Shown: positions 37,960-48,676, counted from the first letter of the stretch. The stretch is 64,000 nt of DNA from Candidatus Fermentibacteraceae bacterium (GCA_027067855.1 JAMOUX010000025.1:11228-75227); one strand, 5' to 3'. The notes: generated from the sequence alone by a model not told the origin. Translations and numbers: made by a program.

Positions 37960-39146
37960 ACGGCACGCCTCGGCTGGTAACCACCGGTAAGGAATTGGAA
38001 TCCCTGGTGGATGCACTTTCTTCCGAAGAAGCGGTAGCCCTGGATACGGAGTTTCACGGAGAAAATCGTTATTGGCCCGACCTGTACCTGGTACAGCTGG
38101 CGGGAAGCCAAGGTCCCGTGGCCGTCGACCCGGTAGCGATAAAGGACATGTCGCCCCTGGGAACATTGCTGGAATCTCCACACATCATCAAAGTGATGCA
38201 TTCGGCGAAAAATGATATCGAAGTTCTGTCACATCACCTGGGCGTGAGCTTCGCCTCGGTGTTCGACACGCAACTGGCGGCGGCTTTCCTGGGTTTCGAG
38301 CGACAGATATCCCTGGCGCGGCTGGTAAACATGGAATGCGGTGTGGAGCAATCGAAGGGGAATACCCTCAGTGACTGGTCCCGCAGACCCCTTGGTAAAG
38401 ACCAGGTCGATTACGCCCTCGACGACGTGAGGTTTCTTCTCACCATCCGGCGGAACCAGGTGAGAAGGCTTTCGAAATTCGACAGGCTTCGATGGTACGA
38501 ACAGGAGGCCGAATCGCTCACGAAATCCTGCGATGACGATACCGCGCTTCTCAAGGCGTTCCGCAAAATCAAAGCCAGGTCGAAAGTAAAACGTGACAGG
38601 CTGGCCTTGCTCTGGGCCCTGGTGAAATGGCGGGAAAAGGAAGCCATGAACCTGAACAGGCCCAGGTCGTTCATAATGAAGGATCATGTCCTGGGCGCCG
38701 TGGCGGCCCTGGCTCCGGTAACCCCGGAAGGCCTGTCCAGTCTCAGGGACGTGACCGGCGGCTTCATGGACAGGTGGGGGGAGGAGATAGTCCGCATCGT
38801 CAGGGAGTCGCTGCGTTCCCCGAGGAAGAAGTATCCCAGGATGCCCAGGAACAACTCCGAACCCGGGGTATCCGCGAGGAAAGACATCCTCAGGATTTTC
38901 CTCAAACAGGAATCGAAGAGACTGGGAATAGCCCCCGAGCTTCTCGTCTCGAAAGAATTGTTGGATTCCCTGGCCAAATCCCCTCCATCCGACGAGGAAG
39001 AACTGGATTCACTCATGGAGCTGTCCGGATGGAGAAAGGAAGCCCTGGGATACGGCATCTTCGCCCTCCTCAAGGGGGAACTGGCTCTGAAGATCTCCCC
39101 TGGGAAAGGAAGCAACGGCCTGGAATTCGTGAGGATCAAGGATTGA
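37956..39146 (+). CDS. rnd: Ribonuclease D (3'-5' exonuclease with HRDC domain)
   Basis: 396 aa. DEDDy exonuclease motifs (ALDTEF ... HSAKNDIEVL ... YALDDV) and a C-terminal HRDC-like region. ATGA overlap with the upstream gene. Confidence 0.85.
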   Translation: MNGTPRLVTTGKELESLVDALSSEEAVALDTEFHGENRYWPDLYLVQLAGSQGPVAVDPVAIKDMSPLGTLLESPHIIKVMHSAKNDIEVLSHHLGVSFASVFDTQLAAAFLGFERQISLARLVNMECGVEQSKGNTLSDWSRRPLGKDQVDYALDDVRFLLTIRRNQVRRLSKFDRLRWYEQEAESLTKSCDDDTALLKAFRKIKARSKVKRDRLALLWALVKWREKEAMNLNRPRSFIMKDHVLGAVAALAPVTPEGLSSLRDVTGGFMDRWGEEIVRIVRESLRSPRKKYPRMPRNNSEPGVSARKDILRIFLKQESKRLGIAPELLVSKELLDSLAKSPPSDEEELDSLMELSGWRKEALGYGIFALLKGELALKISPGKGSNGLEFVRIKD

Positions 39147-39163
39147 GGCGGCTCTCGCCCCTC

Positions 39164-39787
39164 ATGGTACTCACCGGAATGCGCTCGTTTCTGGGCGCCG
39201 AAGAAATACCGGCCCCCATGGAAAGTTCCGGAGAGGCTTTCCCCGTCCTGGTCGCAACGATAATAAGCCTGCGTACCAGGGATGCCGTAACCAGGGAAGT
39301 CGCCCGCCGCGTTCTCTCCCGGGCCCCAAACCCGCAGGCGATGGCCGCCATGAAACGATCCGAGTTGGAAAACCTCCTGAAACCGGCGGGTTTTTACCGG
39401 CGGAAGGCGGAGCAGCTGAAGGCTTTGGCCCGTATGATAACGGAGCGGCACGGGGGAAACGTGCCCCGGGATATGAACGCGCTACTGGAACTTCCCGGGG
39501 TGGGGCGTAAAACGGCCAACTTCGTCATGGGGATGGTCTTCGGCATACCGGCCATTTGCGTTGACGTACACGTACACAGGATATCCAACAGGCTCGGGTT
39601 GGTTTCAACCGGGACGCCCGGGGAGACGGAGAAAGCCCTGGAGAAACTCTTCCCGAGGAAACTGTGGATCGGGATAAACCATACCATGGTCACCTTCGGC
39701 CAGAAGGTCTGCAAACCCGTCGGACCCCTGTGCGGATCATGTCCCTTCGCCGCCTCGTGTCCGTCATCCCGGGCGGAAAAGGCATGA
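39164..39787 (+). CDS. nth: Endonuclease III (DNA glycosylase/AP lyase, HhH-GPD with a 4Fe-4S cluster)
   Basis: HhH motif LPGVGRKTANFV, catalytic-Lys region and C-terminal CxxxxxxCxxCxxxxxC (CKPVGPLCGSCPFAASC). Start taken at MVLTGMRSF; a second Met lies 5 codons in. Confidence 0.85.
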   Translation: MVLTGMRSFLGAEEIPAPMESSGEAFPVLVATIISLRTRDAVTREVARRVLSRAPNPQAMAAMKRSELENLLKPAGFYRRKAEQLKALARMITERHGGNVPRDMNALLELPGVGRKTANFVMGMVFGIPAICVDVHVHRISNRLGLVSTGTPGETEKALEKLFPRKLWIGINHTMVTFGQKVCKPVGPLCGSCPFAASCPSSRAEKA

Positions 39788-40419
39788 GTCCGAGATTCGT
39801 ACTGGATCCGGACGAACTCCTGGATGTGACCGTTCCTCTATCCTCCTCCACTCCATGCTGGCCCGGAGATCAACCGTTCGAGAGGAAGGTGACCGTCGAC
39901 GGTGGTTTCGTGACTTCGAAACTGATCATGAGCAGCCACTCGGGTACTCACCTGGACGCGCCGGCCCACCTGGACGATGTATTCCCGGGAGTATCGGACG
40001 TATCTCCCAGGCAACTGGTACTTCCCGCGATCCTGGTGGAACACCCGGATTCCCGGGAACCCGGAATACCGGAAGACCTGGAGGGAAAAGCCCTCCTGTT
40101 CAAAACCGGGGGACGGAAGGTGTTCCTCACCGGAAAGCGGGCCCGGGAGATAGCCGAAAAGGGCGCATACCTGGTGGGCACCGACGCCATGACCGTGGAC
40201 CCCCCGGGATCGTCGAACGCCCACACCGCCCTGCTGGGAGCATCGGTATGCATACTGGAAAACCTGTCTCTGGAGAAGGTGGAACCCGGGGAATACCTGC
40301 TGCTGTGTTTCCCACTGAGAATCACCGGCGGCGACGGGGCGCCGGCAAGGGTCTTCCTCCACCCTCTGGTCGAGTTCCGGGACAGTTCCCGTCAGAAACC
40401 GGGCAGTTCGCCCAGGTAA
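39784..40419 (+). CDS. Cyclase-family protein (kynurenine formamidase/arylformamidase-like)
   Basis: The homology starts at MSPRFVLDPDELLDV (ATGA overlap with nth). Cyclase motif SSHSGTHLDAPAHL. About 210 aa. Confidence 0.75.
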   Translation: MSPRFVLDPDELLDVTVPLSSSTPCWPGDQPFERKVTVDGGFVTSKLIMSSHSGTHLDAPAHLDDVFPGVSDVSPRQLVLPAILVEHPDSREPGIPEDLEGKALLFKTGGRKVFLTGKRAREIAEKGAYLVGTDAMTVDPPGSSNAHTALLGASVCILENLSLEKVEPGEYLLLCFPLRITGGDGAPARVFLHPLVEFRDSSRQKPGSSPR

Positions 40420-41546
40420 ACCCTGGGATAATCCTCCGGGTCGGCGTCGAACGCCAGGAACATGTTTCCGTCTATCACGACCTGCCATAATCTGGCCCGC
40501 TCGCCGGCACCCAGATCTGCGGTAAACAGCAGTTCCCCTTCGAGGCTGAAAACGTCGAACGTGGGCGTTTCAGAGGTTCCCCTGGTGACCCATATCCGGT
40601 CTGCTCCGTCAAACTGAAGGTTTGTCAGGGCATACTTGTAGGGATCCGGTTCCCACGTAGCCGCCATGGATTCGGGCATCCCGTTCTGCCGCATCTTCAT
40701 GCTCACGAGATCCCTCTCCTCCTCGATCTCCTCGGGAGTCTTCGGAACCCTTTTGAAATCGTCGTCCCTGAACGTGAAAATTTCTTCCCCGTCGGGGCTC
40801 CAGAGAGTGAACTCGTAGGATTCGTCGGACATTGGCGCGGTAAGCACCATCCCATCGGAGCTGGCGCCGAAAACCACCACGTTTTCCATCAGGGTGCTGA
40901 TATCCGACGGATCGAACGGCGACATCTTATCGTAATACACCACGGAGGGTTCCACTTCGCCCATGGGCCACCTGGCCACGGTGAATCCCATGTACATGCC
41001 GGAATCATCCTGTTTGAAATCGGGCTTCATCCCTACCGTATGGCCGCCCCTGACACCCTCGATGACCACCGGGGGAGAGGGGAAAAAACCCTGGACTTCC
41101 ATCATGAACTCCATGTTTCCGTTGAAATAAACGAGCCGACCGCCCATCGGGTCGCTGATCACGCACCAGGGAACCAGCGAATCGGGGAGTTCTTCTTCCG
41201 GAGGAGCGAAAAAAGCCATACCCGCGGGAAGAAGAAACTCGCCGGGACCATTGCCTTTCCGGCCTATCTCCCGTACGAATTCCCCTTCCGTCGAAAACAG
41301 TTTTATCGAATGTTGCTGCATGTCCAGCACGGCTATCAGTCCTTCGGGAGTCAAGGCCACGTCGGCAATCGTACCGAAAACGTAATTACTGTCCCCGAAT
41401 TCGACTCCGAGTGAGTCCTCGACCACCAGGCAAACGTCGGCTTCGTGAGCCGCGGATTCTTCTACGGCTACCGGAGCCGGTTCTCCACCGCAACCTGCGG
41501 CAACGATCGCAGCGGCCGCCACGAACAGCAAGGATATTCGTACCAT
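40392..41546 (-). CDS. Lipoprotein with a six-bladed beta-propeller (NHL/TolB-like) fold, hypothetical
   Basis: Lipobox LFVAAAAIVAAGC-G. Repeated beta-strand blades. Its 3' end overlaps the convergent cyclase gene by 28 nt. Confidence 0.5.
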   Translation of the reverse strand: MVRISLLFVAAAAIVAAGCGGEPAPVAVEESAAHEADVCLVVEDSLGVEFGDSNYVFGTIADVALTPEGLIAVLDMQQHSIKLFSTEGEFVREIGRKGNGPGEFLLPAGMAFFAPPEEELPDSLVPWCVISDPMGGRLVYFNGNMEFMMEVQGFFPSPPVVIEGVRGGHTVGMKPDFKQDDSGMYMGFTVARWPMGEVEPSVVYYDKMSPFDPSDISTLMENVVVFGASSDGMVLTAPMSDESYEFTLWSPDGEEIFTFRDDDFKRVPKTPEEIEEERDLVSMKMRQNGMPESMAATWEPDPYKYALTNLQFDGADRIWVTRGTSETPTFDVFSLEGELLFTADLGAGERARLWQVVIDGNMFLAFDADPEDYPRVYLGELPGF

Positions 41547-41555
41547 CGTTCCCCC

Positions 41556-42968
41556 CTAAAGATTAAAATAAAGCAGGTGTTCCCTGGGATGAGGACTTCC
41601 CCGGAACACGGAGATTTCTTCCCTCTTCATGCGGATGTATTCATCCACCATTTCGGGGGAGAACACCCCGCCTTCCTCGAGGAATCCCCTGTCGGCCTCC
41701 AGAGCATCCAAGGCTTCTCCAAGGTTTCCGGGCAGCGCCGCCAGGTTTTCAGTATCGTATCCTTCGGCGAACACGTTGTCGTCTATGGGACCGAATCCTT
41801 CGGCGGTGGGGTCCATTCTCTTCCGGATGCCGTCCACCGCGGCCATGAGCACGGCGCTCATGGAAAGGTAGGGATTCCCGCAGCCGTCGGGTACCCTGTA
41901 CTCGAACCTCAAAGCTTCCGGGGACCGGGCATACGAAGGTATTCTTATGGCGGCGCTCCTGTTGGGACCCGAGAAAAACCGGTAGACCGGGGCCTCCTGG
42001 ACCGGTATCAGGCGGTGGTAGCTGTTCACGGAGGAATTGCTGAAAGCGCAGACCGCGGGAGCATGGTGAAGCACCCCGGCTATGGCCGAAAGAGCAACGT
42101 CGCTTAGCCTGCAATAGCCTTTCTTATCGAAGAATATTCTCTCCTGGTTCCTGGTCATGAAAATGTGGAAATGCATGCCAGATCCCGGTTCGCCTTCCAG
42201 GGGTTTGGGCATGAAGGTGGCGGTCAGGTTGTACCTGAGGGCTACGTTCCGTACAATATGCTTGGTGAGCATCACGTTATCGGCTGCGCTCAACAGGGGG
42301 GAAAAGGTCACCTCCACTTCGCACTGGCCCGTTCTTCCCACCTCGTGATGGTGATACTTCACCTGTATTCCGGCCTTCTGCATGAGCTTGACCACCTCCG
42401 CCCTGACGTCGTGGAGGCTGTCGACGGGGTACATCATGTGGTAACCCGACTTGCAGGAATGAACCAGTCCTTTCGATTCCCCGTTCCCGGAGCTTTGCGG
42501 GGATTCCACGTTGGCCAGCCGGTATCCCTGGCCTTCCCCGTCGCTCCAGAAACGGGCTTCGTCGAAGAGGTAGAACTCGAATTCCGGAGCCCAGAAACTG
42601 TCCGTCGCGATATTGGTTCTCCTGAGGAAGTCGGCGGCCTTTCTGGCTATGCTCCTGGGATCCTTCGGAAAAAGTTTTCCGGTTTTGGGATTGACTATGT
42701 CGGCAAACATCACCAGGGTCTTACGCTCGGTGAACGGATCCTCGAAAACACGCATGGGATCGGGTTTCAGTACCAGGTCAGCCGCTTCGGTGCTGGTCAT
42801 GGCCGCAAGAGTCGAACCGTCGAAACCGATTCCCCTCGAGAAGAACGCCTCGTCCACAGTGCCCGCCGGCACCGTGACGTGACGCCAATGCCCCTTCACG
42901 TCCGTGAATCTTACGTCCACTTCCTCGAACTTTTCCTGGATTATCCTGTCGAGCTGTATCTTCATCAT
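41556..42968 (-). CDS. glnA: Glutamine synthetase type I
   Basis: GS beta-grasp plus catalytic domain. The homology begins at MMKIQLDRIIQEKFEEVDVRFTDVKG, so the listed ORF start (43067) is an N-terminal extension. The adenylylation-loop region is present. Confidence 0.9.
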   Translation of the reverse strand: MMKIQLDRIIQEKFEEVDVRFTDVKGHWRHVTVPAGTVDEAFFSRGIGFDGSTLAAMTSTEAADLVLKPDPMRVFEDPFTERKTLVMFADIVNPKTGKLFPKDPRSIARKAADFLRRTNIATDSFWAPEFEFYLFDEARFWSDGEGQGYRLANVESPQSSGNGESKGLVHSCKSGYHMMYPVDSLHDVRAEVVKLMQKAGIQVKYHHHEVGRTGQCEVEVTFSPLLSAADNVMLTKHIVRNVALRYNLTATFMPKPLEGEPGSGMHFHIFMTRNQERIFFDKKGYCRLSDVALSAIAGVLHHAPAVCAFSNSSVNSYHRLIPVQEAPVYRFFSGPNRSAAIRIPSYARSPEALRFEYRVPDGCGNPYLSMSAVLMAAVDGIRKRMDPTAEGFGPIDDNVFAEGYDTENLAALPGNLGEALDALEADRGFLEEGGVFSPEMVDEYIRMKREEISVFRGSPHPREHLLYFNL

Positions 42969-42984
42969 CCTGCCAGAAACCAAT

Positions 42985-44076
42985 TTAATCCTCCCGGTGA
43001 GTGTTTCTACTAATATACGCCTCCACCGCATGAAGCAGTAACCCGGGAAGATCGTCTCCCACGGCATCGCCCGAGGGTTTGCCGTCCACGAAAAGCCTCA
43101 ACCCGGAAGGTGTTCCTATCAAAGCTATCTCCGCTTCCCTGGCTTCTCCGGGACCGTTCACCTCGCAGCCCATCACGGCGACGGTCATATCTCCCTCGAT
43201 CCCGGCCAGGAGATCCCTTACCGCCGCAGCCACTCCAGCCACGTCCATCCTCGTCCTGGCGCATGTGGGGCAGCTTACCACCCTGGGAAATCTCCTTCTC
43301 AGCCCCAGGGCCGAAAGTATTTCCCAGCCCACCATCGGTTCTATGATCGGGTCCCCGGAAAGCGACACTCTCAACGTATCTCCTATGCCCCGGGACAGGA
43401 GGATGGACATGGCCACCGCGCTCCTTACGCTCCCGGTCAGGTCGGGGCCCGCCTCGGTCACCCCCAGGTGAATGGGATTGTCGCATTCGGCAGCGGCCCT
43501 CTCGTTGGCCTCCACCGTAAGCATCGCCGAACTCGCTTTCAATGAGAGGACCACGTTCTCGAACTTCACCTCTCTGAAAATCTCCAGGTGTCTTTCGGCT
43601 GCGGCCCACATCGAATCACCGTTGACCCCGCCGTATTTCTCCCTCAGGTCCCCGGGAATGCTGCCGGAATTGACGCCGATGCGAATGGGTACCCCTTTTT
43701 CCGCCGCTTTTTCGGCTATCTTCGCTACGTCGGCGCGCCTGCGGATATTACCGGGATTGAGCCTCAGCTTGTGGGTTCCCGATTCCAACGCAGCCAAAGC
43801 AAGTTCCGGATCGAAATGAATGTCGGATACTATCGGCACCGGCGACCTTTCGATTATCCCGGCCAACGCACGGGCCGATTTCATGTCCGGAACCGCCACC
43901 CTGACAATCTCCGCGCCTTTGCCGGCAAGCAGCCTCACCTGTTCGATGACGGCATCCACGTCCCCGGTGGGAACGTTGGTCATGGACTGGACCGAAACGG
44001 GAGCATCTCCTCCTATCCGGAGGTCGCCCACCTTAATCTGCCTGGTGAAATTTCTTACGGAGCCTGTCTTCTTCAT
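42985..44076 (-). CDS. ispG: 4-hydroxy-3-methylbut-2-enyl diphosphate synthase IspG (GcpE)
   Basis: The homology starts at MKKTGSVRNFTRQIKVGDLRIGGDAPVSVQSMTN. C-terminal Fe-S Cys motif (CPTCARTR ... GCEVNGPGE). The Gly/Arg-rich upstream in-frame extension is spurious. Confidence 0.9.
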   Translation of the reverse strand: MKKTGSVRNFTRQIKVGDLRIGGDAPVSVQSMTNVPTGDVDAVIEQVRLLAGKGAEIVRVAVPDMKSARALAGIIERSPVPIVSDIHFDPELALAALESGTHKLRLNPGNIRRRADVAKIAEKAAEKGVPIRIGVNSGSIPGDLREKYGGVNGDSMWAAAERHLEIFREVKFENVVLSLKASSAMLTVEANERAAAECDNPIHLGVTEAGPDLTGSVRSAVAMSILLSRGIGDTLRVSLSGDPIIEPMVGWEILSALGLRRRFPRVVSCPTCARTRMDVAGVAAAVRDLLAGIEGDMTVAVMGCEVNGPGEAREAEIALIGTPSGLRLFVDGKPSGDAVGDDLPGLLLHAVEAYISRNTHRED

Positions 44077-44129
44077 GATCCTCCCCCCGAACCCCCGGAA
44101 GACAAATATGCAGTTGTCGGCCCGCAACT

Positions 44130-44981
44130 TCAAGAAGCGTCTTCCGCGGCAACCTTTCGCGCGGTCACAAACCTCTCCATGCCGGCAAGGTCCCTGTGAA
44201 TTCCTACATCCCGGAACATGACCGATTTCTCCAGTATCTCCGCAACCTCTTCCACCTGCCCGGGATCCAGTTCCAGGGCCACCAGCCCTCCGTCCCGCAC
44301 CGCCACGGGCATCGAATCCAGGAACCGGCGAATCACCCGGAGTCCGTCGGAACCCCCGTCCAGGGCCACCCTGGGATCCCATATCCTCACTTCCGGCTGA
44401 AGCGATCCGATCGCGACCGACGGAACGTAAGGAAGGTTCGCCGCCACACCATCGAAGGAGGCTTTCCGGAAAGAACCCACCAGGTCGGTCCGCACGAGTT
44501 CCAGGTTGTCGGTTCGATGTTTCCGGGCGTTCACGATAGCCAATCCCAGCGCTTCCATACTAACGTCCGAACCCACTACTAAGGTGCCGGGAAATTCCAG
44601 GGCGAGGGTAACGGCGATCACTCCCGAACCTGTCCCCACGTCCAGCAGGGAACGGGGTTCACGGAGCAACCCGATAAAGATGGAAACCAGCATCTCCGTC
44701 TCGGGCCTGGGAATCAGGGCGCCGGGACCGGAAACGAACTCCCTGCCCATGAACCCGATCGAACCGGTCAGGTGCTGGAGAGGCACCCTTCCGGCCCTGA
44801 GTTCCACCAGTCTGAAATACTCGTCCAGTATTCCGCCGGGCACCGGGGAGTCCAGTTCCAGCACCAGGCGGTGCCTGCGGAAACCCGACACATGGAGCAG
44901 AAGGAGTTCGGCTTCCAGTTCCGGGTTCGGGAGTTCCCGCAGGAGTTCCCTGCCCCTGTTCCTGGCCCGACGGAAAGTCAT
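44130..44981 (-). CDS. prmC: Release-factor glutamine methyltransferase PrmC (HemK)
   Basis: 283 aa. SAM-binding LDVGTGSG and the (N/D)PPY-type motif ANLPYV. Immediately downstream of prfA. Confidence 0.85.
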   Translation of the reverse strand: MTFRRARNRGRELLRELPNPELEAELLLLHVSGFRRHRLVLELDSPVPGGILDEYFRLVELRAGRVPLQHLTGSIGFMGREFVSGPGALIPRPETEMLVSIFIGLLREPRSLLDVGTGSGVIAVTLALEFPGTLVVGSDVSMEALGLAIVNARKHRTDNLELVRTDLVGSFRKASFDGVAANLPYVPSVAIGSLQPEVRIWDPRVALDGGSDGLRVIRRFLDSMPVAVRDGGLVALELDPGQVEEVAEILEKSVMFRDVGIHRDLAGMERFVTARKVAAEDAS

Positions 44982-44982
44982 C

Positions 44983-46071
44983 TCACTCTCCAGCCGAGGA
45001 GACCTCCGCCAGCAGTCTTTCCCGCTCCGCTTCCATCAAAGGCTCGATGACCCTGTCGAGGTCGCCGTCGAGTATATCCTTCAGGGCATGCAGCGTGAGA
45101 TGTATCCTGTGATCCGTAACCCTGCCCTGGGGAAAATTGTAGGTTCTTATCTTGGCGCTCCGGTCGCCGGAACCTATCATGCTCTTCCTGGCCCGGGCCC
45201 GCTTGGCCCGCTCTTCCATCCTGGCCATATCCAGCAACCTGGCCCGCAATACTTTCATCGCTTTCGCACGGTTCTTGTGCTGGCTTTTTTCATCCTGGCA
45301 CGAGACCACCAGCCCGGTGGGAATATGGGTTATCCTTACCGCCGAATCAGTGGTGTTCACACTTTGGCCGCCCGGCCCCGACGAACGGTAAACGTCTATC
45401 CTGAGATCGTCGGGACTGATTTCCACATCCACCTCTTCCGCTTCGGGCAAGACAGCCACAGTACATGCGGAAGTATGTATGCGCCCGGAGGTCTCGGTCT
45501 CGGGAACCCTCTGCACCCTGTGAACACCGGCTTCGAATTTCATCCGGCTGTAGACCCCCTTCCCCCGCAGGGCGAAGATGATTTCCTTGAACCCGCCCCT
45601 CTCGGACTGGCTGCTGTCGAACACCTCCACTTCCCACTCCTTTTTCTGGGCGTAAGCGGAGTACATTCTGAACACGTCGGCGGCGAACAGGGCCGCTTCC
45701 TCTCCTCCGGTCCCGGAACGTATCTCCACAATGACGTCCCTGGAATCGAAGGGGTCGGTGGGAAGCAACAGCTTCCTGAGCTTCCGCTCCAGTTCCCCTT
45801 CCTTTTTCCTGAGCGGAGACAGGTCTCCGGCAGCCATCTCCGCCAGTTCACGATCCTCGTCATCCAGGAAGGATTCCATCTCCAGGATGGACGAGCGGGT
45901 ATCCCGCAACTCCTCCATCACTTTCAATATATCCGCCAGGGCGGCCCTTTCCTCGGAAAGAGGTTTTATCCGGGCGGGGTTCTTCAGAAAAGCCGGGTCG
46001 GAAAGCTTTCCGTCTATTTCTTCGAGTTTCTTCTTCAGCGAATCGATGTCACCCACGTTCATCGGGATCAC
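44983..46071 (-). CDS. prfA: Peptide chain release factor 1
   Basis: 362 aa. GGQ motif ([24 protein letters not shown]), PxT-type decoding region and RF-1 domain order. Confidence 0.95.
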   Translation of the reverse strand: MIPMNVGDIDSLKKKLEEIDGKLSDPAFLKNPARIKPLSEERAALADILKVMEELRDTRSSILEMESFLDDEDRELAEMAAGDLSPLRKKEGELERKLRKLLLPTDPFDSRDVIVEIRSGTGGEEAALFAADVFRMYSAYAQKKEWEVEVFDSSQSERGGFKEIIFALRGKGVYSRMKFEAGVHRVQRVPETETSGRIHTSACTVAVLPEAEEVDVEISPDDLRIDVYRSSGPGGQSVNTTDSAVRITHIPTGLVVSCQDEKSQHKNRAKAMKVLRARLLDMARMEERAKRARARKSMIGSGDRSAKIRTYNFPQGRVTDHRIHLTLHALKDILDGDLDRVIEPLMEAERERLLAEVSSAGE

Positions 46072-47059
46072 CTTTGCTTTCGAGGACCGTTACTCCTTCG
46101 CCGGGATCCTCTCCCAGGGCCAACCGCAGGGATGCCAGGGCCACTTCCACCTCGGGAAGCCCCGCCTTCCTGGTGGTCATCTTCTGGAGCAGCAACCCGG
46201 GGGCCGTAACCATCCTGGCCAGGACCGAGGTCTCCAGGTACCTGTCCGCCACCTTGAGTACCTCGTAACTGAGTCCCATGACCAGGGGCATCATGGGCAG
46301 GTGATAGAGCACTCTCACCACGGCGGAGGGATTCGAACCGGTCACGAGTATCACCAGGGAATCCAGGATACCATAGAAAACCACGGCGCCCAGCATTACC
46401 AACAGGAGGAAACTGGTTCCGCACCTCTGGTGGAGAGGACTCTCTTTTTCCGCGGCATCGGCCAGGGGCTCCAGTCCCTTCTCCCAGGCATGGATCGTCT
46501 GGTGCTCGGCTCCATGGTAGATGAATATTCTGCGGATATCGGGAATGAGCGAGATCGATGCGACGTAAACCAGGAACGCGGCTATCCTGAACACACCGGC
46601 CAGCAGGTGCACCGCGAACTGGCCCATCGGTCCCGTGGTCCCTCCCGGCTCCAGCAGCCACTTGCTGCCCTGCAGGGGAAGCCATGCGAAAAGAATCATG
46701 GCCAGCACCACCGCCATGGCGGTGGACAGGAAAGTCCCGGCTCCGTCACCGGTTCTTTTCGAAGGCCCGTTCTCGTTCCCGGAACCCATTTCCGCCACTT
46801 CCGCCGACCAGCTCAGGGCTTTCATTCCCAGTCTCAGGGTATCCATCAGCACGGCCGCTCCCCGGAACACCGGTTTGGCCCACAATCCGCCTTTCTCGGT
46901 GAGCTGGGTCATCTTCATCTTTCTCGCCAGTATTTTTCCTCCGGGAGCGCGAACCGCCACGGCAGCGGAATGAGGGGTTCTCATCATCACTCCCTCGATG
47001 ACCGCCTGTCCACCGGCTTTAAGTCCTTCCGGTCGGGCCGCCGACGTTTTCATCTCCAT
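46049..47059 (-). CDS. DUF1385-family membrane protein (conserved rho/prfA-neighbourhood protein)
   Basis: 336 aa with several TM helices and the conserved YHGAEHQ motif. 23-nt overlap with the prfA start. Confidence 0.7.
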   Translation of the reverse strand: MEMKTSAARPEGLKAGGQAVIEGVMMRTPHSAAVAVRAPGGKILARKMKMTQLTEKGGLWAKPVFRGAAVLMDTLRLGMKALSWSAEVAEMGSGNENGPSKRTGDGAGTFLSTAMAVVLAMILFAWLPLQGSKWLLEPGGTTGPMGQFAVHLLAGVFRIAAFLVYVASISLIPDIRRIFIYHGAEHQTIHAWEKGLEPLADAAEKESPLHQRCGTSFLLLVMLGAVVFYGILDSLVILVTGSNPSAVVRVLYHLPMMPLVMGLSYEVLKVADRYLETSVLARMVTAPGLLLQKMTTRKAGLPEVEVALASLRLALGEDPGEGVTVLESKGDPDERG

Positions 47060-47075
47060 CTCCCTGACCTATCCT

Positions 47076-47106
47076 CTCTCCGTGGAAAAAGCTGGGGGGA
47101 GCCTGA
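47076..47106 (-). terminator. Rho-independent terminator after rpmE (minus strand)
   Basis: Minus-strand RNA reads GGGGGGAGC-AUCAG-GCUCCCCCC followed by AGCUUUUUCC. Confidence 0.7.
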
Positions 47107-47137
47107 TGCTCCCCCCTTACCGCGATCCCGAGCGCGC

Positions 47138-47350
47138 CTATTTTCCGGCGGTCTTCCCGCCGTAGCGCTTAAGATACTTGTCAACCCTTCCGGCGGAATC
47201 CACCAGTTTCTGCTTGCCGGTATAGAACGGGTGGCAATTGGAACAAACATCGAACTTCTTGTCACCCCGGGTGGAACGGGTCTTTATCTTGTTACCGCAC
47301 GTACAGGTGAATGTCACTTCCCCGTATTTCGGGTGTATATCCTTCTTCAA
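47138..47350 (-). CDS. rpmE: 50S ribosomal protein L31 (zinc-binding type A)
   Basis: 70 aa, MKKDIHPKY with CxC ... CxxC zinc ligands (TCTCGNK ... [12 protein letters not shown]). TTG start preceded by GGAGGA at a 7-nt spacing. Confidence 0.9.
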   Translation of the reverse strand: MKKDIHPKYGEVTFTCTCGNKIKTRSTRGDKKFDVCSNCHPFYTGKQKLVDSAGRVDKYLKRYGGKTAGK

Positions 47351-47395
47351 CTCGTTTCCTCCGTATCCGTATCTACGTGGAACGACCCCTTCGGG

Positions 47396-48676
47396 TCATT
47401 CCGACATGCTACTCAATGAATCCAGGAATCTCTTGTTGGATTTGAACTTGGAGAGCTGCTTCTTCAGTACTTCCATAGCCTCCACCGGGTTCATGTCCAC
47501 CAGGATCTTCCTCATTACCCATATCCTGCTCAGGTTTCCTTCGTCCACCAGCAGTTCTTCCTTGCGGGTGCCGGACTTGGTTATGTCTATTGCGGGCCAT
47601 ATCCTCCGGTCGGCCAGCCGCCTGTCGAGGACTATCTCCGAGTTTCCGGTTCCCTTGAACTCCTCGAATATAACCTCGTCCATCCTGCTTCCGGTATCCA
47701 CCAATGCCGTACCGATTATCGTCAGGCTCCCACCGTCCACTATGTTCCTGGCCGCGCCGAAAAATCTCTTGGGTTTCTGCAGCGCGTTGGAATCCACGCC
47801 TCCCGACAGGATCTTGCCGGAGTGAGGCATGACCTGGTTGTTCGCCCTGGCCAGCCTCGTGATGGAATCCAGCAGGATGACCACGTCGTAACCGCTCTCC
47901 ACCAGGCGTTTCGCTTTCTCCAGGACTATGTCGGCTATCTGGATGTGCCGTTTGGGCGCCTCGTCGAAAGTCGAGGCAATCACCTCTCCCTTCACATTCC
48001 TGCGCATGTCGGTGACTTCTTCGGGTCTTTCGTCGATGAGCAGAATGAGCAGCTTGGTCTCAGGATGATTGGCCGCTATGCTGTTGGCCAGGGTTTGCAG
48101 CAACATGGTCTTACCGGCCCTGGGGGGTGAGACTATGAGAGCCCTCTGCCCCTTGCCTATGGGTACCAACAGGTCCAATATCCTCCCGGACAGGTTCTCA
48201 GGTACGGTTTCGAGCATGAACCTCTCCTCGGGATAGAAAGGAACGAGGCTGTCGAATGAAGGCCGGTTCTTGAGATCCTCCAGGCTTTTCCCGTTCACCC
48301 TCTCTATCCTCAGAAGGGCGAAGTATTTCTCACCGCTCTTGGGACGTCTCACCTGCCCGGTTACGGTGTCTCCGGTATTCAGGCCGAATCTCTTTATCTG
48401 GGAAGGTGAAACGTATATGTCATTGGAACTGGGAAGGTAACTTCCCTCGTTGGACCTCAGGAAACCGTATCCGTCGGAAAGGACCTCGAGTACCCCTGTG
48501 GCGAATTCCAGCCCGTTATTCTCGGTCTTCTTCTCCAGAAGTTTCCTGATCAGGTCCATTTTCCTGATCCCGGTGACCCTTCCAAGACCCTTCTTTCTCG
48601 CCAGGGCCTGCAACTCCACGAGGGTCATCTTCTCCATGTCACTCTGTGAAAATCCGGGGTCGGGTATCTGGCTCAT
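47396..48676 (-). CDS. rho: Transcription termination factor Rho
   Basis: Rho N-terminal and CSD-like RNA-binding domains plus the RecA-like ATPase (Walker A GKT region). I prefer the ATG at 48676 (MSQIPDP...), which has AAGAGGA 5 nt upstream. The track's GTG at 48733 would extend into the leader. Confidence 0.95.
   Translation of the reverse strand: MSQIPDPGFSQSDMEKMTLVELQALARKKGLGRVTGIRKMDLIRKLLEKKTENNGLEFATGVLEVLSDGYGFLRSNEGSYLPSSNDIYVSPSQIKRFGLNTGDTVTGQVRRPKSGEKYFALLRIERVNGKSLEDLKNRPSFDSLVPFYPEERFMLETVPENLSGRILDLLVPIGKGQRALIVSPPRAGKTMLLQTLANSIAANHPETKLLILLIDERPEEVTDMRRNVKGEVIASTFDEAPKRHIQIADIVLEKAKRLVESGYDVVILLDSITRLARANNQVMPHSGKILSGGVDSNALQKPKRFFGAARNIVDGGSLTIIGTALVDTGSRMDEVIFEEFKGTGNSEIVLDRRLADRRIWPAIDITKSGTRKEELLVDEGNLSRIWVMRKILVDMNPVEAMEVLKKQLSKFKSNKRFLDSLSSMSE

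Noticed and set aside
40392-40419. 28-nt 3'-3' overlap between the convergent cyclase and beta-propeller lipoprotein genes
   Set aside because: Both reading frames are supported by homology/composition to their ends. Convergent terminal overlaps of this size occur in compact genomes. There is no evidence of a frameshift.
47350-47396. Small hairpin GACCC-cttc-GGGTC between rho and rpmE as an attenuator
   Set aside because: Only a 5-bp stem with no U-run, so too weak to call.
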